Positions 39,975 through 54,215 are shown, counted from the first letter of the whole stretch. The stretch is DNA of 63,780 nucleotides, filler included, from Bigelowiella natans CCMP2755 (GCA_000320545.1; 4 parts of 4 records of this genome joined end to end with filler, not necessarily neighbours in it); one strand, 5' to 3'. Numbers and translations are program-made. The notes: generated from the sequence alone by a model not told the origin.

Positions 39975-40810
39975 CCACAATAATTCTCAAAGGCGCAGCA
40001 GCAACTAATTGCTCATCGTGTGTCGGTCGTCGTTTACCTTCTGGTCTGGATCCTGATTGATCATTATGCTCTCTCTCTCTCTCTTCCTCTACATACAGCT
40101 CAATGCTTCTTTAGTTTCTGCCATTAACGATATGGCTGCTTCTGCTACTGCATCAAACGACGATGTTGATGGTTCAGTAGGAGGAGGAATATTCTTCGAT
40201 GATGGCTGCAGCAGCAGCAGCAGCAGCAGCAACAGCAGTAACGATGTTAATGGCAACTGCGTTGGAAGAAGAGGAGGAGGAGGAGGAGGAGGAAGAAGCA
40301 AAAGTTTTATTTTGAATCCAAAATCACCGTTCTACGCCAAGACAGTACCCAGAGTACTGAGTCTGCTCGGGTATGCAACCAACAACTACTTTGCTATTAT
40401 TAATAACTACTACTAACATACAATACTACAACTACTCTTTCGTCATCTATCTTTCCTCCTAGTCACCAATTCTCCTTCCTTCTATGATTGAATGAGAAAG
40501 TGTTTGCTGCTGCTGCTGCTGCTTCTTCTTCTGGATGATATACACGCTTAGTTTTTTTCTTCTTATACAGGGACATTACACGCATGGCGATGAGAGCAAA
40601 AATGCAAATTCCAAAAAACTTTGAGTGTGTGCGGGGAGAGGAAACACAAGGTATACTGAGAACCGTCAATCACAGCAGCAGTAGGAGTAGTGGTAGTCCT
40701 CCTCCTCTTCCTCCTCTCTCTGGTATACTCGAAATACGGCGCCCATGGGAAGGAGAATGGATCAAGGTATACGCAGAGCTGCTGGAGATTCCAATCAGGT
40801 TGTGTTCTTG

Positions 40811-40841
<31 letters not shown>

Positions 40842-41410
40842 ACGTTCTTCAGTATTGAAAGGAGAGAAGGAAGGATGTCGCTGATGTCACACTTTTAATT
40901 AATTACCTCATGCAGCGAGCACTTGTGTGTTGAGTAGTACCCGCATCATCAATCAATCATCTTTTGTGAAAAAAAAGAGGAAAAGAAGGGAAAGAGAAAG
41001 GGAGAGAGAGGCGGTAGCAGCCATCATATACCCTGAGAGCACGCAACAATAATAACAACAACAATTAATTAATTAATTACTTGTGTTTACTACTGGAGCT
41101 CACACAACGTCGTTAATCATCGTTTCAGGTGTAAGATAACTCGGAAGATTTCCAACATGAGTGTATTATCATGGAGAAGAAATCATCACCACGATTATCA
41201 AGAAAACGAAGGCGATGATGGAAAAAGAAGAAGAGTAGGAGCTGATAAGAAAAACAAGAAGAAGACTATTGAGTCATCGTCATCGTCATCATCATCTCCG
41301 TCGTATAGAAACAGCTTCATTTTGCACCGGGAAAGGACGCGGATAGACCCGATTTGCGACAGAACCTTCGGCATTGAATCGTCGTTTTCCGCTTACTTCG
41401 TGCGCACAGG

Positions 41411-41450
<40 letters not shown>

Positions 41451-41662
41451 GTACTATTACACGCATGATGATGCTACTAGGAATGGTTGATTGGAGAAGG
41501 ATGGTTTGCGTGTTGTTTGTCATCATCATTATCATCATCGTCATCATTATATTTGGCCATCACACCGTGCTGTTTCTACTGCTGCTGCTGCTGCTGCTGC
41601 ATCATCACTACTATAGGATCGGTAGCAGAGAGGAGTAAGTGGGTTTTACAGATCGAACAAAG

Positions 41663-41694
<32 letters not shown>

Positions 41695-41952
41695 CTTAAA
41701 AGTAATTGAAATAGGATACATGGGAACGAGCGATGATGATAATGATAATGATGATGATGATAATGAAGATGGTCATAATGCACATGCCAACGACAAACCA
41801 AATCCCGTGCTTGGTAGTAGTAGCAATAGTAGTAGTAGTAGTAGTAGTAATGTGGATAATACACCACTGAAACAAATAATAATGCGCATAAAAAAGTTGT
41901 ACTACTACCTCTCATTTTGTGTTTATGTCGCGGGACTTGAAATCATATCTAC

Positions 41953-42016
<64 letters not shown>

Positions 42017-42500
42017 AGCGACATATACACACAAAGAGAGAGAGAGGTACAACTTTTTTATGCGCATTTTTGTGTGTGTGTGTGTGTGAGTGTGCACATT
42101 TCTACTACTACAACTACAACTATTGCTACCACTACCAAGCACGGGATTGGGCGTGTCGTTGGCGTGTGCGTGAGGACGATCATTATTATCATCATTATCA
42201 TTATCATTATCATCATCGCGCGTGCGCATGTGCGCGAGTTCAATTACTTTTAAGACTACTANNNNNNNNNNNNNNNNNNNNNNNNNNNNNNNNNNNNNNN
42301 NNNNNTTAATTAATTAANNNNNNNNNNNNNNNNNNNNNNNNNNNNNNNNNNNNNNNNNNNNTCCTACCCATATTTTCTTGCAGAGTGGTGAGGAGCTGGT
42401 TGGTGTCAGTATCTTGGCCAAGGCTCTTTAGCGATGCTGTTCATTCCTTCTATAAATTTCTTCAGGTTGTCCTCCACGGCAAGGACCTTTGGTGGAAAAG
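31580..42500 (+). CDS. Large multi-exon hypothetical protein rich in homopolymeric amino-acid runs; possible C-terminal PH-like domain
   Basis: 485-aa open exon at 31565-33022 and further coding-looking exons. LSGILEIRRPWEGEWIKVYAEL, DRTFGIE and VRSWLVSV resemble PH strands and helix. Boundaries are uncertain and an assembly gap lies inside. Confidence 0.4.
33741..33962. repeat. 57-bp minisatellite, about 4 copies, intronic
   Basis: cgaactactatatgtatgatgataactgggttgtggtgatgatgaacaaaata repeated. Confidence 0.9.
41685..42261. repeat. Imperfect ~230-bp inverted repeat centred on (TA)n, abutting an assembly gap
   Basis: tagtagtcttaaaagtaattgaa...tgcgcataaaaaagttgtac versus gtacaacttttttatgcgca...ttcaattacttttaagactacta. 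Confidence 0.75.
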
Positions 42501-42633
42501 GGGAAGGGGGAGGGGGGGGAGGGGTGGAGGAGGAGGAGGAGGAGGAGGAGGAGGAGGAGGAGGAAGAAGAGGAAGATGCAGCACAGAGGACTGCTAATCA
42601 GCGTTGATGGGCAATCGATTCATAATGACGACA

Positions 42634-42697
<64 letters not shown>

Positions 42698-42912
42698 CAA
42701 TATAATATATTGCGGATTAGAAGCGCACCAGCTGTACGACTGAATTTTCCACATCGCCGTGCCAGTTTCCCTGCAAACATCATCATCATCATCATCATCA
42801 ACAACAACAACAACGATACAATGCAAAGGATATGACCAACGGTTGATGATTAGCTTGCCTCGTAGTAGTGGTAGTAGCAGTAGCAGCAGTAGGAGGAGAC
42901 TCAGTTGTGTTT

Positions 42913-42949
<37 letters not shown>

Positions 42950-43129
42950 GTGCGCATCTTATTCTATCCCTCCTGGCCCTCCAGGCCAAAATCAGCTCAG
43001 TACATTGATTGGCTCCCCTCCCCTCCCCCCCCTTCTCCCTCTCGCTTTGGGTACGTGCCGCTACCACCACTACCACTACTTGTGCTGCTACTTCTCCAAG
43101 TAAAACAACATCAACATCTACAACTACTA

Positions 43130-43504
43130 CCTCCCAGCTCCAAAACAGTGTATCATATAGCTTGTCCAAAGAGTCTGCATACTCGTACACAGCGCTGGAG
43201 GCAACGATTCGAAAGAGCTCGTCGCTGCTCTTGCCGTCGCAGGTTATCTTCACGGTGTGAGAGCCAAACTCCGAGGGAAGAAACACGCACGTGGAGCTGC
43301 TAACACGCCCGGACGGCGACACAATCTATATATATATATATATATATATATATGATATAGATTTATATTAGAACTTCATTTAACATACGTCATTCATCTT
43401 ACTGACACACGTCGGAAGCACCATCAGTAGCAGCATTACATCGCCATAAATCTACACGCTGACGGCAGGTTTCCCAAACTATAAAAACGCAAACACGCAC
43501 ACGT

Positions 43505-43546
<42 letters not shown>

Positions 43547-45100
43547 ACACAAATGCATACTGATGCACGGACCTCCACATGCATACTCTTCACTTTCCTT
43601 TCTGGAACGATGGGGATAACAGCTCCGGTTGATACGATAGAAGGCCCACTAACCGCCATGTTTTTCCCTATTTTTATCATCATTGGCTGTCCGCCCTCCT
43701 CTTTCTTCTCCTTCTTCTGTTTCTTCTGAGTCTTTTTGGTCTTTTTCTTCGCCTTTTCCTCGGGGTTCTTAGACGTTGAATCCTGTTTCCCCTTCTCTGT
43801 CTCTCCCCGTCCTCCCCCCTGTCAAAAATGGAGGCTGGATGTGAGAACACAAGGGATGGAAGGGCTCGAGTTACGTATTTCTTTGATTCTACATTGCCAA
43901 CTAAATTACGCCTGTGATAGATAAATGTGTCGCAGGACAAAAGAGCTCGGTGTTTCCTCTCTCTCTCTCTCTCGACTTCGTGTTGTGTATGATGTTTGGC
44001 TCGTCTCTGAGACGGTTTCGGAGCAGCATATCGGAAGATGTGCCTATGATTCCTGCCGGAAAACAACTGCAGGCGAAATGACGAAAACAACATGCCGTGC
44101 TGAACAATAATGAGACCTCTTCCTGTGCGCCTTTGCTGTCTTTAGCAATCGTCGTCTTTGTGCTGCCATCTTCTTTTTTTGTAGAATCGTCACTTAGAGG
44201 TGACTTGCTGGTGGTTTGCATACTGTCAGTTGAAGATTTGCTATTTTTTTCTTCTTCCTGTGCGCTTTCTGCTGAAGAAGCTTTTTCGCGGGCGTTCTTT
44301 TCCACTTCCGAACGAAGCTGCTCAAAAAACGTCTTCGAGAAAGCCCCGTCCTGACTCTCAAGCATCGCTAGGATGAAGCTTTGACCAAGTGACGGGAACA
44401 CTAATTTAAGGTCTCGAGCGAGATTTTGGGTAGGGGAAAGTTGCTTCATGATAGTGCTGTGGACTAGTGCCTGCGATTGGGCTGTCATTGTCGCAGCAGC
44501 TAGCAAGACCTGCGCGGCGGCCTCGTTTGACTCTTTGCGTATCACACGCTCCTTCTTATCCGCAGTGGCAGAAGAAGCTGGGGACGAGATTGCCGCAGCA
44601 GCTCCGACACCCGGCTTTACATCTAGCCTCAACTGATCGAGTTTGGTGCCGTCGGCAAGTACCCCTTGAAGGTTGTAAACTCCTGGCGCAGATAAGACGA
44701 AACAGTAGTATGCGAGAGAGAAGGAGGCTTGACCGGGGCCTGAAACGGTGACACACCGCAGGGGGGGGCAACCCATGGCGCTACCGCCGGATTCACCGTC
44801 GTCCTCAGGTACATCTGGATCTACAAAGATGAGAATGCAACCCGGGGTGACTGGGACAGGCATCTTCGATCTTCCCTTGGAGGAAACGATAAGGCTTTTT
44901 GGTCCGTCTCTCTTCAGAAGCACCAGTTTGGGTCGTATGTTGCTCCCTGTCGCCTCGATCTCGAGCTCTTCGATCTGTTGGAGCAGATCCTCAGTAAGAG
45001 CCCCCTCCATGGACTCGAGCAATCCTTCGAGCACCTCGGATTCAACATAGGGGAACACCCGCGACAGCTCAGCCGCGCCTTCAGCAATGCGGTGCTCCAT
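43130..45100 (-). CDS. Hypothetical protein with two CUE-like (ubiquitin-binding) motifs and Ig/filamin-like beta domains
   Basis: ELSRVFPYVESEVLEGLLESMEG and DLKLVFPSLGQSFILAMLESQDG match the CUE FP motif. FVLSAPGVYNLQ and FLPSEFGSHTVKIT resemble filamin-type Ig strands. 3' end uncertain. Confidence 0.5.
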
Positions 45101-45630
45101 TGGAGAGCGGGTGAGGCGTTAACTGCGACGCGATTGAAAATAGAAGGAGTAAATATGAAGCCAGGCGGATACAAGGGCCTACTCACACTTGCGTCCCAAG
45201 AATGCCTCCACACTCAGTTCCGTTGCTGCGTTACGAGCACGTGGCCAGAGTGGGAGGAGGAGAGAGCTTCCCTTCTTCCAATTTGAATCGTCCCGGATAT
45301 TTCCTGGGATTCCCTGGTTCCTCGAGACATCTAGGCCCTGCGCAAAGCTTGAAATTATTGTCGCAGAAGGAAAATACATTGAAAACTGTATTTCCCCCGG
45401 TCATTCTCCCGATCCTGTCGGAAGCGCGATGGAAGAAGGAAAACGCCTGATGTCTTTGGAGGGAATTCCCCGCTTGTATTCGCTCGTTCGAGCTGGCGTT
45501 CGGTTTTGGTTAAGAATGTATTGGGATTTTATAATACGACAATGATTTTATCATGACTCTGACGATAAATTCCCACGCGTTTGCTGCTCTCTCAGGACGA
45601 CTCATCCAACAAGCCCGGAAGAAGCTAAAC

Positions 45631-45799
45631 ATGGAGGCTCAGGCGGGGAAGGACAACCAACTCGCCCCGGCGCTTGAGAAGCCCTCTGCCAGCAGTAAAT
45701 CGGGGCCTGCAGGCGCCTCCTCTTCGGCTTCCGACAAGAAAAACATAGAGAAGTTCCTGGACAGTGCGTTCAAGGTCGCTAGTGTTGCAAATTTTACAA

Positions 45800-45836
<37 letters not shown>

Positions 45837-46020
45837 TATTTTCAAGCCCTTGCTTTGAAGAGTCCTTGATTGCCTACGTCGGTCTGCATCCAGGGATCAC
45901 GCCTCACATTGCGAGAAATCAAGTGGATATGTAGCAAAGCCACCAAACTCTTCTATGAGGAGCCAAATATAGTTGACATACCGGCCCCAGTGACGGTAGC
46001 GTATACTTACGTCTTATATC

Positions 46021-46070
<50 letters not shown>

Positions 46071-46821
46071 TACACACACACACACACATACACACACTTA
46101 AAAGGTCGTTGGAGATATTCATGGCCAGTTTCATGATCTTCTCCAAGTCTTCAGCAAAGGTATATTACATATAAATGAGTGAATAAATATATGCACACAT
46201 CAGGGCGAGAGAGGAGGGGGAATGGGGGAGGGGAACACGATACGAAGCGATTATCCATCGTGTAAACTACCAATAAGGATTAAAAACAAAATGTCGATCA
46301 TTGCATATGCTCACTCAGGAGGCCCAGCACCGAAGACGCGGTACCTGTTTCTTGGCGATTACGTTGACCGTGGCCATAATAGCGTCGAGGTGATGACACT
46401 GCTACTTTGCTTGAAGGTCAATCGATTGTACGCTAAATTTACTCACCCGATTGACGACATAACATCATCATCGTCATGAGGATAACTACTCACAATTGGT
46501 ATCATCATCATCATTATTATTGTTATTGTTCATTGCCATTTTCATTCTTGTCGCATTTCTCTCTCTCCACGAGCCCTGCGTGCACTTACAAGTTTCACGA
46601 AACACTCTGATGCTGGTCGTTTTTAGGTGCAATTTCCAAAGCAGATAACCCTCCTCAGAGGGAACCATGAGTGCCGAGAAATATCATCGCACTATGGCTT
46701 TTTCGCAGAGTGTCAGAGTAAATTTCAGGTATGTTGGCGTCGTGTACGTGTGTGTACGTGGCCATGAAGGCATGCTTCATCAAAAGCATAATGAATGGAT
46801 ATAAATGTGAATGTTTGCCTG

Positions 46822-46875
<54 letters not shown>

Positions 46876-47895
46876 TGCGTGCGTGCGTGCGCACTCACTT
46901 CTGTCACCATACTTGAAGGACAAGGAGGGGCTGGAGATCTACGAGGCGTTCTCAAATGTGTTTGATTACCTACCACTCGGCGCTCTCTTGGGTAAGGAGA
47001 TCTTCGCTGTACATGCAGGTGCGACAACATATACAGTCCTCGTCTGTGCAATAAGGCATGTGTACGGTGCAAAAAGACCGAGAATAAACACGTAGTTACC
47101 TATACACACACGGAGCAGATAGAAGCTGAAAAGCAAGTATTCGGTGCTTTCGCAGCTTCTTCCGCATCGAATGCACTCTTAGCTTGACCCCGCTTCTCTA
47201 ATTTTTGTACGCATTCACGTGGTGCCAGGCCTCTCCCCGGGGATAATATCCTTAGATCAGGTAACTCCCGCGTGTAATGTGTGGTTAGCATGGATTTCGC
47301 GTCGTCGCCACATCCGGCACGAGATGTATTTTGCAGCTACGATTATCCTCGTTGATGTCACGCCCCCCTGTTAAGATTGCTCGTGTTTGTATTGTTAGAT
47401 ACGGGTGATGGAGCGGTTCGGTGAGGTTGGAGAACGAAATCCTTGCTTACAAGACCTGGTGTGGTCAGACCCCACTGAAATCCACAAAGGCTTCTTCCGC
47501 TCAGATCGAGGTGTGTGCGTGTTTGTGCTTCTTCTTTTTTTTGGGGGGGGGGGGGGGGGGAGCGGGGGGGGCAAGCAATCTCAAGTAACGAAACGAACAT
47601 TAACGACGGGAGAACCCTTCCTCGCATGTTTCAATTTCATTGAGGATCTATCTTTCACATCTCTCGCATATTGCTCCTTTGGCAATGAAGGCAACGGATA
47701 CTTGTTTGGAGAGGATGTTGTAGATCGCTTCCTGAAGGTGTGAATCAGCAGAGACCAATCGATTGCTGTAGTCAGATCATCGTGCGATGTACACCCACCG
47801 ATAAGCAGATAAGTTGATGTTAAATAGAAAATACATATATTTATGAATTAATATATATTTATATACAACGTTCAGACATTTATGATGAAAAGGCC

Positions 47896-47928
<33 letters not shown>

Positions 47929-48036
47929 AATGATGATAATGATGAGATCTTTGTCAACGACACAACAATGGATCGGTTTGCATGTAAGGAACGACATAAC
48001 TCGGAACAGAGGCTATTCATTGTCCTTAGTTGATGA

Positions 48037-48071
<35 letters not shown>

Positions 48072-48820
48072 TTCTTCTTGTCATTGTTATTGTTATTGTT
48101 GTTGCTGTTGTTGTAGGAAAACAAGCTAAGCAGAATAGTCCGCTCGCACCAGCTGTGTAAAGAAGGCTACCAGGTACTTCATAGGAGCCGTCGTTACAGC
48201 ACATCACGAGAGAGGAAGAAGAAGAAGAAGAAGAAGAAGAAGAAGAAGAAGAAGGGTCCGAAGAACTCTTCTCCCCTTCGATGATTAGTGTAAAGTGACA
48301 TTCTGCATTACTTTCTCAGCTGCCACTGTGTCTGAGCTTGTTTCAAAAAAAAATGGGGGGGAGGGGGGGGGCGAACCTCCATTATGCATTTAATCTCGAA
48401 AATGACTTGAGACTGCTGGAATCTTTCGCCGGATATAAAAGGAAACGTTTGGGGGAAAGGTGCTAACGGTGTGGAGCGCTCCTAACTACTGCTACCGGAT
48501 GGAGAATAAGGCGTCTGTGCTCATCATCGACGAGAGCTGCAAATACAAGTTGTCGTTGTCTTGTCTGTTTCGAAATATGACCTAAGATGTTGCGTGACCA
48601 CGGCTAAATTTCGCGTTTCGGCTGCCCTTATAGTTTTGCACTGCTTTCATTGTACACGGCATGACCGACCTTTGGGCAATTGCTTCACGCAGCTTTCTCG
48701 TACCATATCCCAACAACGAGCAGGTTCTCGACGTTTGAGGCCTCCAAAGAGAATCTGAACAAGGCGTCGGAAATTATGCGGAGCGAAACAGAAAATGACG
48801 GGTCGTCGCCTTTTACGTGA
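45631..48820 (+). CDS. Ser/Thr phosphoprotein phosphatase catalytic subunit, PP2A/PP4/PP6 subfamily
   Basis: [49 protein letters not shown] and [10 protein letters not shown]. Confidence 0.9.
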
Positions 48821-49505
48821 AATGATTGTTTGCATAGATGTGGTACTCGCAGATGATAATATCGACTACTACAAGACGATGCTATCATGAAGCAGCGCGG
48901 AGGAGTAGCGCTTTTGTAGCTATAAATTCATGCCCGCTACTATTAAACTGTCCGCGGCAATAATGCGACTGCAACAGTGATAAGTGATAGATGCATTCGC
49001 CATGGACTAACGAATTTTTCGATCATATGCACCACGCCTCACGCATGCATAATACCTATGACTGTGATACATAATAATATCCGTTACGTTGCTGTTGTAC
49101 AGCAGCTGAAATGCTGAAATTGACTCAGTTGGCAGCTCTAGAGCTAGCCTGCATTTGATCTCATGATTGTGAATAAACACGTCATGTAAGCAATGGCGTG
49201 AGCTTTGAGCGATCGCGAATAACATACAACAAGGCTAAAATAGGGTCATGAAGCAATAATACGTCTGACATTGTGCTTGGCTAGCTTGGGCAATGCTGCT
49301 CTAGTGGTGCGCTGGCTAGCTTGGGCGATGCTGCTCGAGTGGTGCGCGGCGCGCTAGGATGTGCTTCTAGGGTTGAGCATTATAATGTCCAAACTGATGT
49401 GTATGTCTAGATGTCTAGGATATGTTTCGGTGTTAAAACAGAATTCGGCGACAGCAAAAAGCAGTGCATCCTGAATCATTTTTTTGGCATCGAAGAAAAG
49501 AGCTC

Positions 49506-50695
49506 TTAGATGGCCCCCGGCATAAATCCAAGCTCTTCTATAGGAATGTCGTACTTTTTTAGAATAGTCTCGTATGCCTGTATTGTATCGTAGTAGCATT
49601 TCCGTAACTTGACACTTTTATCCTGCTCCTCTTCGATTTCGCGCTGCTTCTTTGCTGTCACATCCTCGATCGTGTTCAAGTTTCCAATCACCTCGGGAGG
49701 CAGATTCGAAGAGTTTATGATCTCCCGCAAGGCTGCGTGTGTCGTTTCTAGGTCTTGGTTTATGGTCTCTAACTTCTTCTCCAGCAGAAGGTTGTTGAAG
49801 CCCACCTTTTGCTGGATATCTTGAATCGCGACAGCTAGCTTTCGTTCGGCCTTCTCCTTCTTCTGTTCAGTGGCGGTCATTTTTTGGACCAGCACCTCCT
49901 TCTCCCATTTCTTAGACTTTATTTTTTCCTCTAAGACGTGGACGTTTTCAAGCGACTCCTTCAACAGAAGCTTCTCTTTCTTGTATAGTTCAAGATCCTG
50001 CTTCAGCTTCGAGGACAGTTTTATGTTTGTTCTTAATGGCAGTGAGAGTTTTTTGTTTGCATAGGTTACTGCCTGGACTTCCTTCGCGAGCTCTTGCTCG
50101 ATTTTCTTCATCTCTCCCACTTGATCCTTGTGTGATTTTATCAGCTCCAGGTTTAACAGTGTTACATCTCTATAATATCCCTTGATATCCTCGAATGCTA
50201 TCTTATGATCCTTTATGAGGCGATCAACATCCTTGTCTTTGAAGGCGGCGATTTTCTCTATCTCCTTCTCGATAGCGTCTTCCTTCTCCTTGCGCAGCCT
50301 CTCCATTGTCTGTCTGTTGTGCATGATGAGGTTGTTTTGCTTGAATTCGAATTCTTCTCTTAAGGCCATGACTTTCTTTTGGTGTTCCAATCGTAGTCGA
50401 TTGAGAAATTCGTACACATTGAATTCTGTCCTTTTCTTCACAACTTTCACCATACTTGTGTTCTTATTCTCGATCCGGTTGGCATCTCGATGCTCCGTCT
50501 GCTCAATTTTAATTTGCTGCTGTGCCTCGATTTGGTCGTCGACCATGAGAGATAATTGCTGGTGGAGAAGATGCTTTATTTTTTCCTTATAGATCTTCAT
50601 CTCGAATCTGTGCTTCTCCTCTGATGAAGAATAAAACGCGATCGGGTATGAGTGTGTTTGTCAGAATGTCACGTTGTGAACGCGTGCGTGCGCAC

Positions 50696-50735
<40 letters not shown>

Positions 50736-51215
50736 TTATAAATGTGCCGACATGTGCGTATCCATGTTTTCCCCCTCTCTCTCTTTTCATATGACAACTT
50801 TCGTTAACATGAAATATGCTCACGCTTTCTTTTTCACATAAGGTCATGATCTATGATTCAATAAGCACAGAGAGATACACACATCTAAATCATCCCCAAC
50901 ATATCATTGGGAGGTCGGCAGGAGGGAGGCGGAAATATGTTTTGTGGTACCTAGATTAAGTGATCTTCTCTTTCGTGATCTAAGTTCTCTGTTGAGCTGC
51001 TTTCTTTGCTTCTTGGATATGTCCCAGAACTTCGTAAGACGTTCCTTGTGCAGTTGGTACTCATTAAGAAGGGCCTCCTCGTGATTCCTCTCGAGCACAC
51101 TCTCATAAAGCTCCATCCGCTTCTCATTGAGAATCCTCTGTTCCTCTTGCTTCTTGAGGTCCTCCGCCGTCACCGCTTTCGATTTTTTTTTGGACTTCCC
51201 CTTCGCCTTGGGCAT
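49506..51215 (-). CDS. GAS8: Dynein regulatory complex subunit 4 (GAS8/trypanin)
   Basis: Lys-rich N-terminus, ERLTKFWDISK, IKIYKEKIKHLL, HKIAFEDIKGYYRDVTLLNLELI and C-terminal IPIEELGFMP. One intron at about 50623-50950. Confidence 0.9.
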
Positions 51216-51519
51216 TTTGGATGTTCCTCGGCCGGGGGGGTAAAGAAAGTGCTCGAGAGATTGGTTTCAGCCAGGAACCAGGGGGAGGAGATGGAGAAAC
51301 GCTCTTGTAACCGGCGGCGAAATTGTCCTGCACTCCGACGCAGCGACAACTCAAATCTCGAGAGATTCTCAACAAAAAATCTGAATAATCTCGAAATCCC
51401 CGTAGATTTAAAGTTTGCAGAAATTAATTTTGCGGGAACATAATCCTCAGGGAGAGCCAGCGTCAGCAAGAGAGAGGGGCGGCAGCGTCGCCTGCATCCA
51501 TTGCCTGTTCTTCCAGGCC

Positions 51520-51760
51520 ATGCAGCTGCACCGGGTCTGGGAGCTCGTGCTCAAATGGATGCTATGGACGATGCACATAATCCTGCGAATATTACGAAGG
51601 GCCACTCGGGTAAATATTACCGGCCAGTGCGATGGGGAAGGGAAGGGCGTGCAACGAGCTATTCTTTCTTCTCGTTTTTATTTTGAGTAGATTTCAGAAC
51701 CAGTAGCATATAGATGGGGATGTAATGGGAGAGCTGAGGAAGGCCGGGTCCTTAGTTTAG

Positions 51761-51820
<60 letters not shown>

Positions 51821-52849
51821 TATCTCACAAAAAATATTGACATTTGGAGCTCAAATCGGTGATAATCTGGCAGGGATTTTCCTATTTGACAACGCCTTCG
51901 CACGTCGAATTGAAGAAAGTGCCAAAGTCAATTGGCATCGCATTTGATAGTGAGTTAGCAAGAACAATGGATGTGGTACGTGTGTTACAATGCTGCGCAA
52001 GCTATAACCTCCAAGACGTACTGCTTTACGACATACAAGGTGAGAAAGCTTCTACATTCTAAGATGAGAGCGCATGGTTAACAGATGTTGTTTCTCGCAG
52101 GATCTATGGTTAAAAATCACGAGGCAATTGCGTTGCTATTCTCAAAGTCACACAACGGTTTGGTGAATCTGAGGGTTGGAAGTCGAACATATGCAGCGGC
52201 TAAAGGATTTATCGTGAAGGATGATAAGCGTGCAGAAAGTAGATACTACTCATTAAACAACTTGAGATCTTTTGTCTGGTGACGCGGCATTGATCATCCA
52301 TCTTTAAAAAGGCCGAAAACCTATTATGTTCGTATCCGCATGAAAGACTAGTGGACGCAAGATTTGGAATTAACGTTTCAACATGTCTCAATCATATATT
52401 AGGTGTCGGTAGTATAAGAGTCGAATTTATGTCCTCCGAGATCTCTAATGAGATAGTTACCAAGGAGCTTCGAAAGTATTGTAGTAATGAAGGACCGACA
52501 GAAAGAAAGAAGCCGTTTCATATCGGAACCAAACAGGGTAGTACTTTGTGCAGAGATAGTAGAGAAAAGTACTGTTTTGAGCTGGACAAATTATAGGTCG
52601 CCACGACACAACGGATCTCTTGGTGACTATCGGAGGGCATTTTAGTGTGAAAGGATTTCCCTCATGGCTCGTAGGACCGGCTGAGCTCGGGTATTAATGC
52701 AAAAGCAGCTTATTTTTTTGCCTTCGCATGTAATTTGATTCCTTTATTTTGTCATCTACAGTCACATCCAAAGCCTGGAGGACATCAATACTGATTTTGC
52801 AAGAATATTGAGAGTATACAATGAATCGGTACAGCGTCATGGTGCTTGA
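51520..52849 (+). CDS. NUS1: NUS1/NgBR non-catalytic cis-prenyltransferase subunit
   Basis: Hydrophobic N-terminus, KKVPKSIGIAF, LLYDIQG, VKGFPSWLVGPAEL and C-terminal FARILRVYNESVQRHGA* with the RxG motif. Confidence 0.72.
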
Positions 52850-53424
52850 GGTTCTGGGGAAAGGATCCTCGCTGGTGAATGTACCCTCGAGAAACGTTTG
52901 ATACGATGTCGTTTTCACGAAAAAAGAAGTCTCAAGGAACAATATTAGATGTAAATAACAGTGAGATAGATAGACGAGTTTCATTGAGGAGGGAACGCTC
53001 CTTAGTTAGAAGCAGTCTTGTAGGCCCACTCGTATTTGTGGATGATATTGTAACACGTACACAAATACACGGGCTGCACATTGCTGCCATTATTGATAAT
53101 CGAATCGCTCTCGCCTGCTGATCATCATGATGGCTCCGTTCTGTTATCAATGGGTTACAATGATTATTTTACGCCACTTGTCATGCAAATTGCGGAATTA
53201 CGCCGCATCACGGCATGTGCTAGCTAAATGCATCTAGCCATGTCTGCTAGATGTTATTATAAGCTACCAGGCGTATGGCACCGTAAGGCACGCTTGCTAG
53301 CTTGATTATTAGCAATATGCGATACGTCAATGAATCTAAGAAGTGGCAGCGCTAGGCTAGGCTACATGTACTACTAGACTAGTATATACTAGCCAATGGC
53401 AATACACATGCATCGCATGCAATA

Positions 53425-53790
53425 TGAGAAGGATGTAATATGTAATGAAATGTTTGTGTTTAAATTTTTTCAATGGTCATCCTGATGTAGCTATGCAGAG
53501 CAGCGGCTACGACAGCGCTCATAACAAACAACTGACGGCCATCGTTTGGATCGCAACGACGAATCGAAACCAAACGCCTCTCGAACGCAGAAAAAAGAAC
53601 TCGCGCGACTGCGCGCAATGCACGATGTGCCAGATCAAATCGTCATGCATTTTCGATTCGTGCACGCAACACGTGACCAAAGAGACAAACAGGCACAACT
53701 TGAGCGCTGTGGCCGCTGTATTGCACAGATGCATTGGAATGACCATTGAAAAATTTTTAAACATTTCATCACATATCGATCCGTCTCACA
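53425..53790. mobile_element. MITE-like repeat with imperfect inverted ends; family also at 58660-59060
   Basis: tgaga.ggatgtaat...ttttcaatggtcatcc versus atgaccattgaaaaa...atccgtctca. The segment caatggtcatc..atgtagct.tgcagagcagcggctac is shared with ~58750-58792. Confidence 0.6.
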
Positions 53791-54215
53791 CATCATCACA
53801 TCGATCGGTCTCGTCGCAAGCCTAGTTCCTAGCGTGCATGTGGGCCATTTGAACCGATTCGATTCGCTAGCAGCGCATTCCACGAACCAGCGCGCACAAT
53901 TAATAGCTACACAGCTAAAATGCAAGGTGAGATGCATGTGCACAGCGGCTACCAATCGTCACATCCGCTAGTCGTCCGTCTCATGCACAGCAGCTACCAT
54001 GCACACCTGCAACCTGCTCGAATGCATTTCGTGTGCCATTCGATCATGCATGGCGATGATGGATGCTGCTAAACAAGCTACAATTATGAAGCAACGAATA
54101 TTCAAATAACGTCAACTTTATTCTATTATTATTTTAGTATCATACATTACTTTTTTTGATTTGGATTCAATGAAAAATGGACAAATCGCTGATGCCACTG
54201 AGCATCATTCAAGTC

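Noticed and set aside
41685-42261. Long palindrome as a possible foldback element or hairpin RNA
   Set aside because: It is centred on (TA)n, abuts a gap, and one arm looks like a degraded copy. It is most likely a read fold-back or assembly artefact.
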